From Takakia lepidozioides (taxonomy: Eukaryota; Plantae; Bryophyta), in assembly GCA_030704615.1 (NCBI GenBank), contig CM060732.1, forward strand, positions 55,242,001 through 55,306,000: 64,000 bases of DNA, written 5' to 3'. The notes under the pieces were generated by a model that saw only the letters and a program-made list of their open reading frames with translations, had not been told where the DNA came from and made no database searches. This document shows, one piece after another, positions 15,934 to 28,980 of the stretch (the first letter of the stretch is position 1; each line of letters begins with the position of its first letter). Both the position numbers and the translations under genes were made by a program.

Positions 15934-17700
15934 CGGGCGCACCCAATTGATGACATAGAGGAGTCTCAGTGTATGGATGGAGATCATGGTACACAAGCAC
16001 GGCCTCCGACAGGTGTTGCGTCTGCTAAGAAAGGAAGAAGAAAGGGGGTCAAGGTTTGAAATCAGGGAAGCAATCTGCAATAGGTGCACCCCAAGTGAAA
16101 GTGGGGGACCCAATTGGACAGAACAAGAGGCACTTATCCTCATTGAGCATAAGCCTCTCTTACGTACAATATGTGGATCCAATGACAGAAAGTAAATATT
16201 GATATATTTGTTGTGTTTGTTGGGGAGGTTAGAAAATGCATTATTTTCCAGTCATCCCGCGCTTGAAAGCACAATTTCGGAGTCCATCATTTGCCCAACT
16301 CATGAAGTGGCATGCGGAGCATCGGAGCCCTCCCGGAAAGATGTGCGGCCCTCACGATTCGCCGGCATGGAAACACACCGAGGAACAATGGCCTTTTTTG
16401 AAGGACGATCCAAGACATGTTTGGCTGGGCTTCTCCGCGGATGGTGTAAATCCACATTCAGTCCAGTCAAGTAGCCATTCAACATGGCCCGTGACTTCGG
16501 TTAACTACAACATCCCTCCTTATCTTGCTATCAAGAAGGGTCATCATGTTGGCTGCCATTGTGCCAGGTGAAGAACACAACTCTTTTTTGTTGCTTTATG
16601 ATGTACGTGGTAGTACAATGTCGGATATATATGGAACTAAGAATATCATTTGTTCTGTTTGAATTTGAAATGATCTTATATATATTGCAAATAATTTGTG
16701 TTGTAGGAAAAAAAAAAAAAACTTGCGAATATGGATGTGTATCTGCGTCCATTGGTTGACGAACTCAATATATTATGGCTTGCTGGCTGTATGGCGCACA
16801 CAGATTTTAGAGGTCGTGACATCAACCAAATCACAAACAAATGGGACACGCTGATTAAAGAATTCAAAAAGCTCAAAGACTACCTTAACTCAATCAGGAG
16901 CTGTGAAATGGTGGGGTTATCCAAAATTGAAAAGAATGAGTTGTCCAAGCAGCGGAAGTTACCATTAGAATTCACACATGCAATGTACGTAACCATGGAG
17001 CCCTGGTATGGGCAAAGAACCATATTTAGCACAACGATAAATGTCATAGACACTGACAAACGGCCTGGTGCTATACATATGTGCTATGGGAGAACTGCAG
17101 CTGGAGCATCGATACATTCGAGTGCACCTTCTCCCAATGCGTCTGTTGGCAAGGCTAATGCAACTTCCCCTCTGAACACTTCGGCAGGTGCTAACACTCC
17201 TAGGCCTTCAGGCACTGGCACAGATTCCTCTTAGACTGTAGCAACACCTCCATATGTTCTCACTCTAGGAGACAACACTTCTGGCTCAACTGGAAGAAAA
17301 CGCAAACAATCAGGTAACAATCAGGTACCGATAGCATATGTGACTTTGTAAAAGACTTCAATAATGACTATCTATACAAGGCTGAGATGCAGGAGGCTGA
17401 CAAGAAAGTGAGGAGGAATAGCATTCTCACTCTGGAGCAGGAGCGTGAGGCCAAACTTCGATTGAAGGACAATGCCACATCAAACATGGAGGAACGTCTA
17501 TACGAGCTGGTCCAGAAAACACAAAACTCAGGGCACATGACATCAGCTTTGTTAATGATGGTTTCCTCCATATATGGAATCTCTCCCCAGGTGCACCAAT
17601 ACATCACAACCTGTATCATGTTTATAATTATGTCTTTATGCTTCTGTAATCCCCTATCTATGCTGGTCCCCCAGTTATATGGGTTCTTCTACAATTAAAC
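15934..17700 (+). mobile_element. Myb/SANT-like (trihelix-type) ORF of a PIF/Harbinger element, degenerate and interrupted by a CACTA fragment
   Basis: GPNWTEQEALILIEHK (to ~16153) resumes after ~16780 as RDINQITNKWDTLIKEFKKLKDY..LPLEF; convergent with the Harbinger transposase. Confidence 0.7.
16230..16780 (+). mobile_element. CACTA/En-Spm transposase (Transposase_21/Tnp2) fragment with its intron
   Basis: YFPVIPRLK..F..LMKWH..HDSPAWKH..F..DPRHVWLGFSADGVNP..STWPV..NYNIPP..; after GT..AG, MDVYLRPLVDELNILW. Confidence 0.9.
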
Positions 17701-17716
17701 CTTGCATTCTGTACTC

Positions 17717-18330
17717 TCACCAGATATTCCAGTATGACCTCTCGGTTCTGCCCTCAAGTAATTGTCTTTCTTTTGTTATTGTAGCCATACCTCGTGGCAT
17801 TTCTGGTGGTGCAGCATATGCCTCCACATTGTCAGCCATTACTATATTAGTTGGAGCCATTTGACACTCCACTAGAATTTCATCCAAACTTTTATCCTTG
17901 CTAGCCAATAGTATATTATGCAATATGCAATAACAATGTATAACTTGCGGTAGAAATTACTCCAGACTTGCCAATCCTGTCTTTGTTCCAATCTCCTTGA
18001 AACGGCCCTTAAGAATACCGAAGGCCCTTTCTATGGCCATCTTAGTTGCAGAGTGCTTTCTATTGAACCACAATTCTTCTAGGCTCAACGAGTGTGCAAG
18101 TATGGCCATGCATGAGTTTGTATAGGGTGACAACTACCTTCTTTTCAACATTTATTGGCTCCCTCCACTTTGTGTGTTGCCCTTGCACATACGGCCACAA
18201 GTGATCATCACAAAGTTTCTCAAATGTCCTACGTCGCATCCTCACAATATCAAACCACATTTCTTGGGTAGACACATCGAATAAAAATGTGTCAAACCAA
18301 CAAGTTTGACCTGGGTTTATCATACCACAG
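17717..18330 (-). mobile_element. PIF/Harbinger transposase (DDE_Tnp_4) remnant with internal deletion
   Basis: N-terminal RMRRRTFEKLC..WREPINVEKKV.VTLYKL joined to C-terminal HSATKMAIERAFGILKGRF..CIMHNILL. Confidence 0.85.
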
Positions 18331-19121
18331 ATTGTTCAATATGTTCAAGTGCCAAGCCATAAGATCCAACACTGTTTTGTGATGAGGCACTCCTTCTATT
18401 TCACCATCCTCATCTCATTTGTATATAGCTTGTTTGGTCATAAGATCTTGCTCCTCATCACAGTCTCTTTTTCTTTTTCTGTCAGCATGAGACATACCAG
18501 ATTGGCTGTTGTTAGAGCCGACTAGTGTAATGTTTAAGGCTGCCAACACCATGTCTACCATGGAAAAAAAATAGAGACAAGTTTTGTAGGAGCTGGGGTA
18601 ATGATCATCTGAAGGCAATTGTTGTGTTGTGGACTAGGGGACTTGTTGGAGATGTTAGCAGGGGCCCAACCATGGGAGCCAGCTCAGGACACTGGGAGCA
18701 TTTGCAGGTGGCCATTCAAGAGGCATGGGTGGTGACCATGGAGGAGAAATGTGTGGGGGCAATTCTCGAGGAATGGCAGGGCGTTCTTCTGGCAACATGT
18801 TTACACTAGTAGATCGTAGACAGAAGGCACCTGTTAAGGTGGGTAGTGACAGTGACGAAGAAGGATGAACAAGTGTTGTCCAGGTAGAGGCTGGGGATGC
18901 ACATCTCCCTAGTGCTGCAATTGAACCAGTTACAGTTAGTATCATGAGGTGAAGGAGCAGAATAGGCGCTCATTTTGGAAGTCATAGCAACCCGGACATC
19001 ATTTCCACCATACAGATGTTTGTGAATAACATCATATGAATGCCATTCAGGATTATAAAAAGATGCATAGTTTTTTTCATGTGAGTTTGATCTCCCTTGT
19101 ATTTTCCTTAGGATTGTCATT

Positions 19122-19252
19122 TATGGTGGGTTCAATCCAGCCTTGGTGTCCAAAGGTGTCCACCTTTCTAGCGGACGGCAGTAACCCTTCGGGATGAAGA
19201 GACACCATAATGTACGGTTCCTTCGGGAGGCGTCAAATATTATTATTATTAT
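19122..19252 (+). mobile_element. SINE copy (5'-truncated tRNA head + structured 3' tail + (ATT)n)
   Basis: B box ggttcaatcc; tail homologous to 21246-21322; (att)n tail. Confidence 0.65.
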
Positions 19253-19269
19253 GTTTGAGGCATGCAATC

Positions 19270-19615
19270 GTGATAGTACCAACACAACCGTTACCATCCC
19301 TTACTATTCAAATTATAGAGTTCACATTTTGCCATGATAGATATGATCCACATCAATCCATTCAATATAGACAGGCCAAATATGAACCCTTGGAACTGCA
19401 CATAGCCACAACGTCCACATCCTTAAAGAAAACCTCAAACTACCCCTTAAGCACAACCCCCTAGTCCTACGCACCATGCATTTTATAGATATCACTTCGC
19501 TCACATCCCTTATTCTCAACAAACGCAAGATTGAAAGTGGTCAGCTAGCCACGGTGTGACTGTCCCGGTTCTGATAGAGCTTACCCCTGAAAAGGAGCTG
19601 TACTCACATCGGGAA
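19270..19615 (+). mobile_element. RLE-type LINE fragment, second half (endonuclease C-terminus + start of 3' UTR)
   Basis: PSLTIQIIEFTFCHDR..KYEP..LILNKRKIESGQLATV*, homologous to 22098-22440. Confidence 0.85.
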
Positions 19616-20627
19616 AATCCTCTTATGTGGCATCATACATATATACACATATATAACAACACATCTATCACCTAATAGAAAAATGGAGGCGTGAGCACAA
19701 AAACATGGTAATAGGGTCCCAATGTTTTTACGGAAATTGTATAGGCTCAAACACTTCGAAAACTTTAGGCTTGCAGGCAGTTACAATATACTCATAATTT
19801 AAATGATAAATATAATAATATTATATAACGGGGCTATGGTGGTAAGCCGTGCCACTCGTGTATTAACATGTGGGTCTGGTGTTCAACCCTTGTCATTTGT
19901 CTCTTTGCATTTGAGCTGGGGCTTTGCCCATGTAATGCCTCCATGGCTTAGACGAGGGGTTTATTTTTCCCTCAAAGCCCAGTTGTTAGGGCTCGTATTT
20001 CCTGGGACACAAAAATAATAATGTTAATTAATAATTAATATCATAACCTAAATGATATTCTTTAAAAAAAAAATTAATCAATTGGGAAACGTATTTGTAA
20101 TTATTGGAAAAATAATAATTATTAAGTTTTATTTGCTAGAGTTTTACCTTATATTATATTTCTTGGTTTTTTTTTGTTTGTCTGTTGTTAGGAGGAGGCC
20201 CCACTGGATGTGGAGTGGCATTGGATGCGACCACACGGCAGTGTTCATTTTTGAAGGGCACCTTAGACTTGCATATGCAAGTTTCCTAAAAAATTTGCCC
20301 TTCATGTTGAAGGGATGTAATTTTGTCAGCCCTTCAATTTTTTTGGGCGGCCATTCGGCGAGCATGCATCTAACATAAAAATAATTTTGCTGCACAATAC
20401 ACATGAAATGAAAGTCTTTTCACATTCCACAAGTCCATATATGATAAAAAAAATTATGAGAGAAATTCAATCTAAATCTATTTCCAATGGAACAGCTCTA
20501 GGGTTTTTCATGCCACTCCAAATCTCAAAAAATGGCAGTCCAATCCATGGCCTCCACTTCGAGCCCCATAAAGAGAGGGGCTCAATCTCTGGTCTATGGT
20601 GTATGTGTGTGTGTCTCTCTCTCAGTA

Positions 20628-20830
20628 TCAGATATCCTAAGTTAATCGACTAGGCTAAGTCCTAGCAAAAGAGATTCTCAAGGATCTGAATCTAACCCCG
20701 CAAGTCTTAACCCTGCTAGATAACTCTGACTTAGAGGCTGCAGTGTCTAAAGCCATGTCTGTTGCCAGGAAATTGTTTGATGACATGAAGTTAGGCAGAA
20801 AACTTCCCTGAACTTGTTGTGACACGGGAC
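20628..20830 (+). mobile_element. LINE fragment (family of 46362-47469)
   Basis: cagatatcctaagttaatcgact...gaagttaggcagaaaacttccctgaacttgt matches 46632-46863 with deletions. Confidence 0.85.
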
Positions 20831-21164
20831 AGTGCATCCTCAACTTCAATCTATTTCTAGTTCAATTTTTGTTTTTTTTTTAAAATAGAAAGGGGGGGGA
20901 GCCCTTTAAATCATATTAACTAGGTAGCCTCTGCTATTGGCCCAAGTGTCTAGTGTCATCTATGTCCAAGTGCAATCCCCTATGTATCCAGAGACCCCCT
21001 GTTTGGAAGATCTAGGGTAGCCTGTGCCATTGGCCCATGTGTGAAGAATTGAAATCTAAGCCCAAGTGCAGTCTCCTATGTATCCATGTCCGTCTCCCAT
21101 GTAGACGCCCAAGTGCGACCTCCAGTGTCCAATTGTCACCTATATTGTCCAAGTGCAAGACAAC

Positions 21165-21340
21165 CAGCATATAGCCCAGTGGTAATGGGCACATACCACG
21201 TTGGATGTGGTTGTGGGTTCAAACCATGGTCTGGTGTATTATGAAGGTGTCCACCTTCCAGCTAGAAGGCAGTAGCCCTTGTGGTGAAGAGACACCATAA
21301 TTTACGCTCCCTTCGGGAGGCATATATAATATATATATAT
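21165..21340 (+). mobile_element. tRNA-derived SINE with structured LINE-like 3' tail
   Basis: A box tagcccagtggtaa, B box ggttcaaacc, three-way-junction tail 21246-21322, (AT)n tail, flanking ccaagtgcaa direct repeat. Confidence 0.7.
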
Positions 21341-21404
21341 TCCAAGTGCAATCCAAAAGCCCACTTTGCTATTTTTGCAATCTCCCGTGTCGAGTGATAT
21401 ATTG

Positions 21405-21567
21405 ATATATCTACTTTGTTATTTTTCGCGAATTTCCAGCGACCAAAAGTACTTGAAATTCCAAATCTCCCACATGAAGGGCCAATCATTGCTCTAGGAA
21501 AGCTCACTTGCTATTTTTCCCAAATTTCCAGAGACCAAAAGTACTTGAAATTCCATATCTCCCACAC
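21405..21567. repeat. Tandem duplication, ~90-bp period
   Basis: ttg(c/t)tattttt..aatttccag.gaccaaaagtacttgaaattcca.atctcccaca twice. Confidence 0.8.
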
Positions 21568-22009
21568 CGCGGGTCCAAAAATCATGAGACCAAGCCGGTG
21601 CACCCCTCCTCATCAACAGCACCAAGCACCGAGGCTGGGGTCATGCGGTTTTGGAGATCTCAACGACGCTACAGAACAAAACAAACAAACAGGCTTCCTT
21701 CAGATATTGATAAAGGATTCTAGAAAAAATAACTAAACAAAGGCCATAAGGCTTACATCTTTGAGGGATTGGGTAACACCCTTACCAGCCACCAATGGCA
21801 AGCTTAAATCACCTAGTTCCAAGAACTACCACCTAGAGCCCTGAGGAAATCAGAAATCTAAGCTCCAGGAATTACTAACTAAGTAGAGAAGGCAGGCCCA
21901 ACAAGCAGGGCCAACCAATGAACATAGAACTAAGAGCAGAAAGAGAGTGCAGACTACCTAAAACCTGGGCTGAACAACCATAAGCAACACGATAAGCTTC
22001 AGCCCGCTG

Positions 22010-22845
22010 CACAGCCGGAGCTAGCGTAAATGAGAGCCTCTTCCCTTTGCAGGTACTGCCCCCTTTTAGGGGTGGGCTCTATCAGAGCCACAACCAGTTA
22101 CATAGTGGCAAGTTGGCCACTTTCAATCTTTCTTTTGTTGAGGATTAAGGCTGTAAGTGACATAATTGTTGTGAAGTATAGGGTGTGTAGGAGTGGTGTG
22201 GTGTATTTTAACGAAAGTTTGAGGTTTTCTTTGAGAATTTGAGTATTGTAGCAATGTGCTCCCCCTCTGACACCAATGGTAATAATAGTCAAAGGGGCAG
22301 TGTTCCAATATCCATGGTGACGAAGGGCTAAGATGAGCAGTTCATATTTTTAACGTTTATACATAATTGATTCATTAGGGTCTCTATCATGACAAAATGT
22401 AAATTCTATTATATGAATGGTGAGGGAGGGGTGTGGATCTGTTGGTATTGTTGATAAAAGAGGTAGTCCATGAATAAGTAGAATATCAGGGCATAATCTT
22501 GCTAGACAACGACATGGGATATAGAGACATGTGTAGGGTAGAAGCCATGGAGGTATTGTGTGGTCCGGTGGTCTACCTTGAAACGTACCTGCATTGATGA
22601 GGTTAAGCCGTCTGGATTTAGGATGTGACAGCAGAAGTTTGTGAAGATGCCAAACTCCTTGGTTATGTCTGGTTATCTGTAATCCATGGAGTATGGGGTG
22701 CTTACAATGAAGAAGTAGGTGTGGCCAAGTGTCAACTTTGGGGGGCTGTGCGTGGCATAATGTGCAACAATGCTTGTTAGGGTATAATAAAGGCCAGAAT
22801 AGATTTCTTCTTTGATTATCCATGTATTGGTCATATCGAAATCGT
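22010..22845 (-). mobile_element. 5'-truncated RLE-type non-LTR retrotransposon (Dualen/RandI-like C-terminus) with structured 3' UTR
   Basis: FRYDQYMDN, CxxC..H....C knuckle, RHN, PDILL, IIEFTFC, K.Y (PD-(D/E)xK restriction-like endonuclease); one in-frame stop; 3' UTR 22084-22010. Clade assignment tentative. Confidence 0.75.
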
Positions 22846-23679
22846 AGTGTTTGTCTGATTTGGCGTCACACGGACTAAGGACTTAGAGAGTTTGCCATAG
22901 CCATACAGTCCACACATTTCGCTGCTAGCAGTACATGGTGCAGTGCATGTAGGCCCACGCAATGGCAATGGAATTTGGCACATTGGCAAAACTGCAATAG
23001 CCCTTGGAATTTGGAACCTCCAATGGCTATTGCAACTTGGGTAATAGATGGGTTTAAGCACTTACAAGTACCTTCATTATTAAGCACTTGTACCTTGAGA
23101 TTTGAAGTTTGAACACTTGACTCTTGAGGCTTGAACCCTTCAATATATATATATATAAAAGAAAAGGGGAAAGAGGCCCTGACAAATTTTATATAAAAAT
23201 GAGAAGGATACATGAAGAAAAAATAACCTCCGGGGAGCCGTGAAGGCATGGGAACAAGGGGAACAACCCGGGGACAAACAAATAGCACTAGGGAAGAGGG
23301 AGAGGAGACTGGACAACACTGAGCCCAAGCAAGGGGACTCTTGATCACAAGAGTAGAACACTAATGGGATCAAAGCCGGAGCAAACCAAATACCAAGAGC
23401 CGAGGGGAAATGATTCTTAGGAACTAAACTACCTTACTAGCCAGGCACTCATTAGACCTGAGAAACTAATACTAATACTAAACTTAGACTTTCATTTGCA
23501 AGTTTTGTTTTTCTTAGCCCTTCATGATGAAAGGTCCAGATTTTATCTAGCCTTTTTTTTGAAGGGCCTTGATTTTTTTGCCCTTCATATGGAGCATTTT
23601 TGCAAGTTGAAGGGCGTTGCAGTCTTCAAAAAAAATAAACATTGCCACACGGGGCTTGCAAGTTGGGTTCGTGGAGCGT

Positions 23680-24080
23680 GACGATTTCGCTGCTGGGACT
23701 TCTTCCCCCGATCAACTAAGCTAGTCCATGGAGGCATGCTCTCTCTTTCTCTCCATCTCGGCCCTTTCAATAAAATCAAGGTTTTTTCTTTCCTCTGCAC
23801 CAAGAAACCTGGATGACAGAATTGGCAACAGGAAAAGAATTCCGACAGCCAGACCTGCCTTCTTAGTCTAGTCAAACCACAGGAAAGTGGTAAAGCACTA
23901 ACTCCTCTCTCCTCTCCCCCATATTCTTGTGCTGTTAATTGGGTTAGTGTTTCTAAGGAGAAGCCAAGGGGAACTCCCAGGACTTCCTCATCACCACAAA
24001 TCTTATCTAGACCTCTCTCGCTCACATGAGGTACTACTTGTTTTTCTACTATGTCCCATGGACTCTCGGTCCACCTGGGA
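23680..24080 (-). mobile_element. Degenerate L1/Tx1-like LINE fragment (post-RT region)
   Basis: LGVPLG motif followed by a frameshifted LSL.GR..VAN-like segment. Confidence 0.4.
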
Positions 24081-24081
24081 A

Positions 24082-24084
<3 letters not shown>

Positions 24085-24117
<33 letters not shown>

Positions 24118-24206
24118 TTATCTATCTCTTTCTCTCTTTCTCTCCCTATTCCTGCCAAACCCACCCCCCCCCCTCTCTGTTTTTTTTTTTTTTTTTTTTT
24201 TTTTTT
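24085..24206. repeat. Compound microsatellite (AT)n/(CT)n/poly-T at the LINE 5' junction
   Basis: Seen directly. Confidence 0.9.
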
Positions 24207-24209
24207 CTC

Positions 24210-27200
24210 GTTTTCTGACCTCTTCGCTTTGCCTCCTCGTTCCGCTCTCTCTCTGACGCGCGCGGCGCCCACTCACGCGCGTAGGCGCCCCAACCCTCTC
24301 CACCATGTCCTTGTCCAAACGGCAACGGACTGAGGACGAAGATGGGGTCTCACCCTCGCTCTTACTCCTCTACTCCTTCATCCTGCCCCGAGCTCTCAGC
24401 ATACCTCTCCGTTGCGCCAATATTCCACTAGGAGTGCAAGCATTCAAATCCTACGAGAGCAGGTTGCCATCCTGCAATCCCGTTGCGTCTCAGAAGAGAC
24501 TCTGTAGAACTTACTCGCAGCCCTCTCGCAGCCAAAGATAGGGACGTGGAGAATATATGGGCGGAGGTGGATGTCTTGTGAGCTTCCCTTCTAGAGAGCA
24601 ACACCAAAGTGGAAGGCCTATTGAAACAGCTCGATTCTACAACAACCACTGCACGTCTCTCTAAATTGGAAGGGGAAGTGAGGGCCCTTACAGAGAAGGA
24701 CACTTCAAGTACCCTCACAACAAGTATCCACTAGCAGGTGGAAACTCTTTCTAAGGAGCTCGAATCCCACAGGGCTGCGACATCGTCTATGGCTCAAGAG
24801 CTCCATGCTCATAAGGCGGAGGCTTCTACTTGGGCTAGCATAGTCAAGGGAAGCACTGGACCATCCAGCAGCAGCTCCCGCACTTTGGAAGAGACAGTCT
24901 CAGCTACCTTTCGAGAGGAACAACAACGGGCTTTCAAAGCCCTTAACATTCGGGTCACTGGGAAGCTTGGGACCCTTGCAGAGGGTGACCCCCTTGAAGC
25001 GGCAACCACCCTCATCCAGCAAGATCGGGCTCTACCACGGGGAGCAAGTGGCATTGAACGGGCTTGGCATGCAGGAACTTCAGAACACAAAGTCTTGTTC
25101 ATCAGATTTAGGGACAAGGCTGCTCGTGAGAGGGTTCTACGTCAGAGGCCTCACTTGAGAGGCCACGGCATGTACCTCAATGACGACTGGACCCCCATGC
25201 AATACAATGTCATGCGGGCTTAACTCGCATAGGTTAAGCAGGCTCGGGCACAGGGACACTACGTGGTGTTCCGAGATGGCAGAGTCATCATTCGAGAACA
25301 AGAACGTCGCCCCTCTAACTCTAAATAGGGGTTGGGGCCCCATGAGACCAAATCACTAGGCTCATGGAATTGCAATGGTTCTTTGTGGAGCCATCCTCAA
25401 GGGCTTCTCGACATCCTCTCCAAGTGTGATATTATCTTTCTCTTGGAAACACATGCATATGAAGGAAAAGACCCTCCCTCGATTCTTGGGTATACCTTTC
25501 AGTAAGTGACTCGTCCACGCACAGGACTCAAAGGCTCTAGTGGAGTAACTTGTTACTATGCTGACTGGCTTCTCCCACATATCTCCTTCCCATACAAAGA
25601 CCCATTGGCAAGGTACATTTGGTGTCAGATCAAAGGCTACCATCACCAACCAAACATTCTATTGGCAGGATGTTACTTTGTCCCGGCTGCATCTCCACAC
25701 AGTGGCCTCCACATGCGAACCGATTCACCTTATGTTCCACTGGAAGAGGATATAGCCCGTCTCCGTACCCCACACACAGACATATTCTTGGTTGGCGACT
25801 TCAACGCCTGTACAGGTTCTCTACAGGCTCCAACCTTCGACCCCACGGACCCTCAACACATCCAACACTCACATGGGACCCTGGAGAGGCAATGTCTGGA
25901 CATCTCTAGCGAAATCACAAGCTATGGTCACCATCTACTTAAGTTTTGCGAGATTCAGGGACTTGTCATCTACAATGGCACGACCACTTTCAAGTCCTTG
26001 AGCCAGTTCACCTGCCACACGTACAAAGGACTAAGCGTGGTTGACTATCTCTTGGGGAGCCCCAACACAATTGATAGAGTTAGCTCTCTCTACATCACGA
26101 GGTACCCAGATTCTTATCACTCTTGCCTTTCCTTTGTATTTCCTTCCACCTCTCTCCCATCAGGGGGGGTTCCTCCGCTTCTCTCCCTTCACACCCTCGT
26201 ATCCACTTCAATACCCCCTTCTCTCACTTACACGACATTGATTATGAAACCTACCTAGCTTCAATCCTCCCCTCCATCTTCGCTCAACGATCTACTGATG
26301 ACAAGGCTACCTATCTAACACACGCTCTATGGGACTCAGCCCTGCTTTCCTTTTCAGTCACCCTCCCATCTACGTCCTCACCCCTCTCCACTCGTAGACA
26401 ACACCTTTCTATGACGAAGAATGCAAAGTGGCTAGACGTCACATCAAATCTCTACTCCTAGATATCCATTCCTCTCCACATTCCAAAAACCTCGCTCTCA
26501 AGTACTATAAGTCCCTCATTAGATCCAAAAAGAGAGCCTACACTCTCAAGCTCCAATCTTCTTTCCTTGCAAAAGTCAGATTTTCTCCTCGTTCTTTTTG
26601 GTCCCTCCTTAAACCTCACAGAGACCTACCTGCGATCACTGACATTTACGTCTGGCATGAGTATGCCCAGTCATTGTATCATTCCCCAAACCAAACTCCC
26701 TCTCCCATAACGTCTAAACCCCTACACTTCTCTCTCTTTACTACAACCAACGTCAGCAAGGCAATCAAGAAGCTGCAAAATGGCAGGGCATTGGATATTT
26801 CAGGGCTACAAGGTGAATTCATCAAGCACGCAACACCCACTTTGGCCCTGTTTCTAGCTTACCTCTTCAATGAGGCAGTTGAACATGGATTTCCAACAGA
26901 GTGGACAAAGAGCATCATCCATCCCCTCTTCAAGAGCGGTGACAGGCTTGCACCGACCAACTATCGCACAATTATGGTGTCATCATTATTGGCTAAGCTG
27001 TTTGGGGCAGTAGTGGCCATGGAATTGGATGATTGGGCTGAATCCTCTCACATACGGGCTAAGGGACAAGCTGGTTTCCGTCACAATAGATCCACTCTTG
27101 ACCATCTTTCACTGAAGTCTTTCACTATGAAGATCAGAAATGCTTGGCAGCCTACCTGCACGAGGCATTCACCCTTAGACATCTTCAGGTTATGGTGGAA

Positions 27201-28980
27201 AGTGCTAGCTTTGACAAAAACTTGTTTACGTCTGCTTCGTTGACTTTCACAAGGCTTTTGATTCAGTTCCTCGCGACCTTCTTTTCCAAAGGCTCCAGAG
27301 GGTGGGAGTCCCTCAAAACATTCTCTATGCTATTTCCTCCATGTATGAGATCGTCACTGGCATGGTCAATATCGTAGGGGAATTTTCAGCTGAGGTCCAT
27401 AGCAACATTGGGGTCAAACAGGGCTGCCCCCTCTCACCTACCTGCCTATTCGGAATCTACATTGACGCCTTGGAAGTCTACATCTCAAACAACCATGGAG
27501 TTGGTGTGCCCTTGGATGGAGGACCAACACAATCAGATCTCCTCTACGCGGATGATGTTGCCCTTTTGGCACATTCTCCTGTCTTCCTACAACGCCATCT
27601 CCACATCTTGGAGCAATTCTCCAAAGACTATGGGCTGCAAGTCAACCTTACAAAAACCAAGATCATGGTTTTCAATGGGCAGGCCGACCGCAGATTCTTC
27701 CTCAATAATCGGGAGGTTGAGATAGTCAAATCCTACCGGTATCTGGGTCTAGTTATCCACTCCTCCAAATTCCAGTTTGCAGCAACTGCCCTGGACAGAT
27801 TGACAAAAGGCAAGGCAGCCTCCATCCGCCATTAGGCCAAATGCAAGCAGATGCACCTGCGCCATCCACCGACCAAGAAGTGGCTGTTTGATAGCGGGGG
27901 TCACCCCAAATGCCACATTTGGTTGTGAATTCTAGGCACCTGCGGTCCCAGTTTCCTGGTGGGAAAAGAATCTGGAATCATTGCAGTTATCTTTCCTCCA
28001 AGCAATACTTGGCGCCAGAGGCACCACTCCATCACACATACTAAATGCAGAATGATAGGGCCAACCCCCGAAAGGGGGCAGTAGCCATAAGGCGAGGTGA
28101 CTCTTAGTTACGTCGGCTTTGGCCGGAGTCTTCTCTCTATTTCTGAATGCAGAATTTGCCTGCGTGCCACTTCAAACTGAGGCTCTCTTCCGGCTTACAA
28201 TTTTTCCTGCATAGGCTACAAGCCCTTCCTCCCAAGGGGCTTGTGGCCAGGGCCCTTGCGACATCTATTAGATTCAAAAATGCAGGTTCAAACAATCCTG
28301 GTATGCTCAGGTGGATACCTTTTTTGAACGCCATGGACTCTCTATTGCTTCACTATTGCCAGTAAACCCAGAAGAGGTGGACATCACATCCAAGCATGAC
28401 CGCAACCTATTCATTAGAAAGGAGCTCATGGAGCTACATGCCAGGAGAACTTGGAAGTTACCCAACCTCATGACAAAGCTCCATTTCTATCGAGAAACAT
28501 TCTTGGTTCTCCGAGATGATAGAATCTTGCGGCCCAATTACCTTTCGGCATCTTTATCTCCTTCTCTCCTGAGGGCTTTGGGGCGGTTCAGGGTGGGCTC
28601 CCACAACCTACGGATAGAAACTGGCAGATGGGAAAACCTGCAGCGGGAGGACCGCCTCTGTCCAGCTTGCACAGGACGCAACCAGGAAATTGAAACTGAA
28701 GAACACTTCTTTTCTATTGCCCTCTATACTATGAGATCCGTGGGAGATTCCATTGTCTATTCCGTGGAACCAAATCTCTCACTGAGGTCTTTCACTACGA
28801 GGATCAGAAATGCTTGGCAGCCTACCTGCACGAGGCATTCACCCTTAGACAATCACTTGAACAATAGTTCTTATCTTTGACGCTGGTTTCCTGTTTTCTC
28901 TCATGTTTTTATTTCCATTTTCTCCCATAAGCTCTATGAGCTTTCCGTGGACGTTATAAAGCACCATTTCATTTCATTTC
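24210..28980 (+). mobile_element. Near full-length, inactivated APE-RT LINE (RTEX/L2-CR1-like): ORF1 ~24305-25320, ORF2 ~25341-28880, (CATTT)n tail
   Basis: ORF1 coiled coil + NIRVTG..IRF..YLNDDWT; APE SWNCNG, ETH, GDFNA, VDY; RT NYRTI, QAGFR, GVKQGCPLSP, LYADD, YRYLG; C-terminal RFRVGSHNLRIETGRW..C..C..EEHF; 3' stem-loop aagctc-tat-gagctt. Confidence 0.92.
28053..28138 (+). mobile_element. Short insertion consisting of the RLE-LINE structured 3' end, nested in LINE ORF2
   Basis: Homologous to 22084-22010; (CT)n tail; TSD-like ct(a/g)aatgcagaa at 28041-28052 and 28143-28154. Confidence 0.85.

Noticed and set aside
19155-19232. Structured tail as a hammerhead or hairpin ribozyme
   Set aside because: No CUGANGA/GAAA core on either strand; a GUACAUUA stretch on the minus strand is not kept in the other copies
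19828-19895. Another tRNA-derived SINE head
   Set aside because: A/B boxes too degenerate; no second copy or tail
20940-21160. CRISPR-like array of ccaagtg repeats
   Set aside because: Eukaryotic context, short degenerate repeats, irregular spacing; more like TE subterminal repeats
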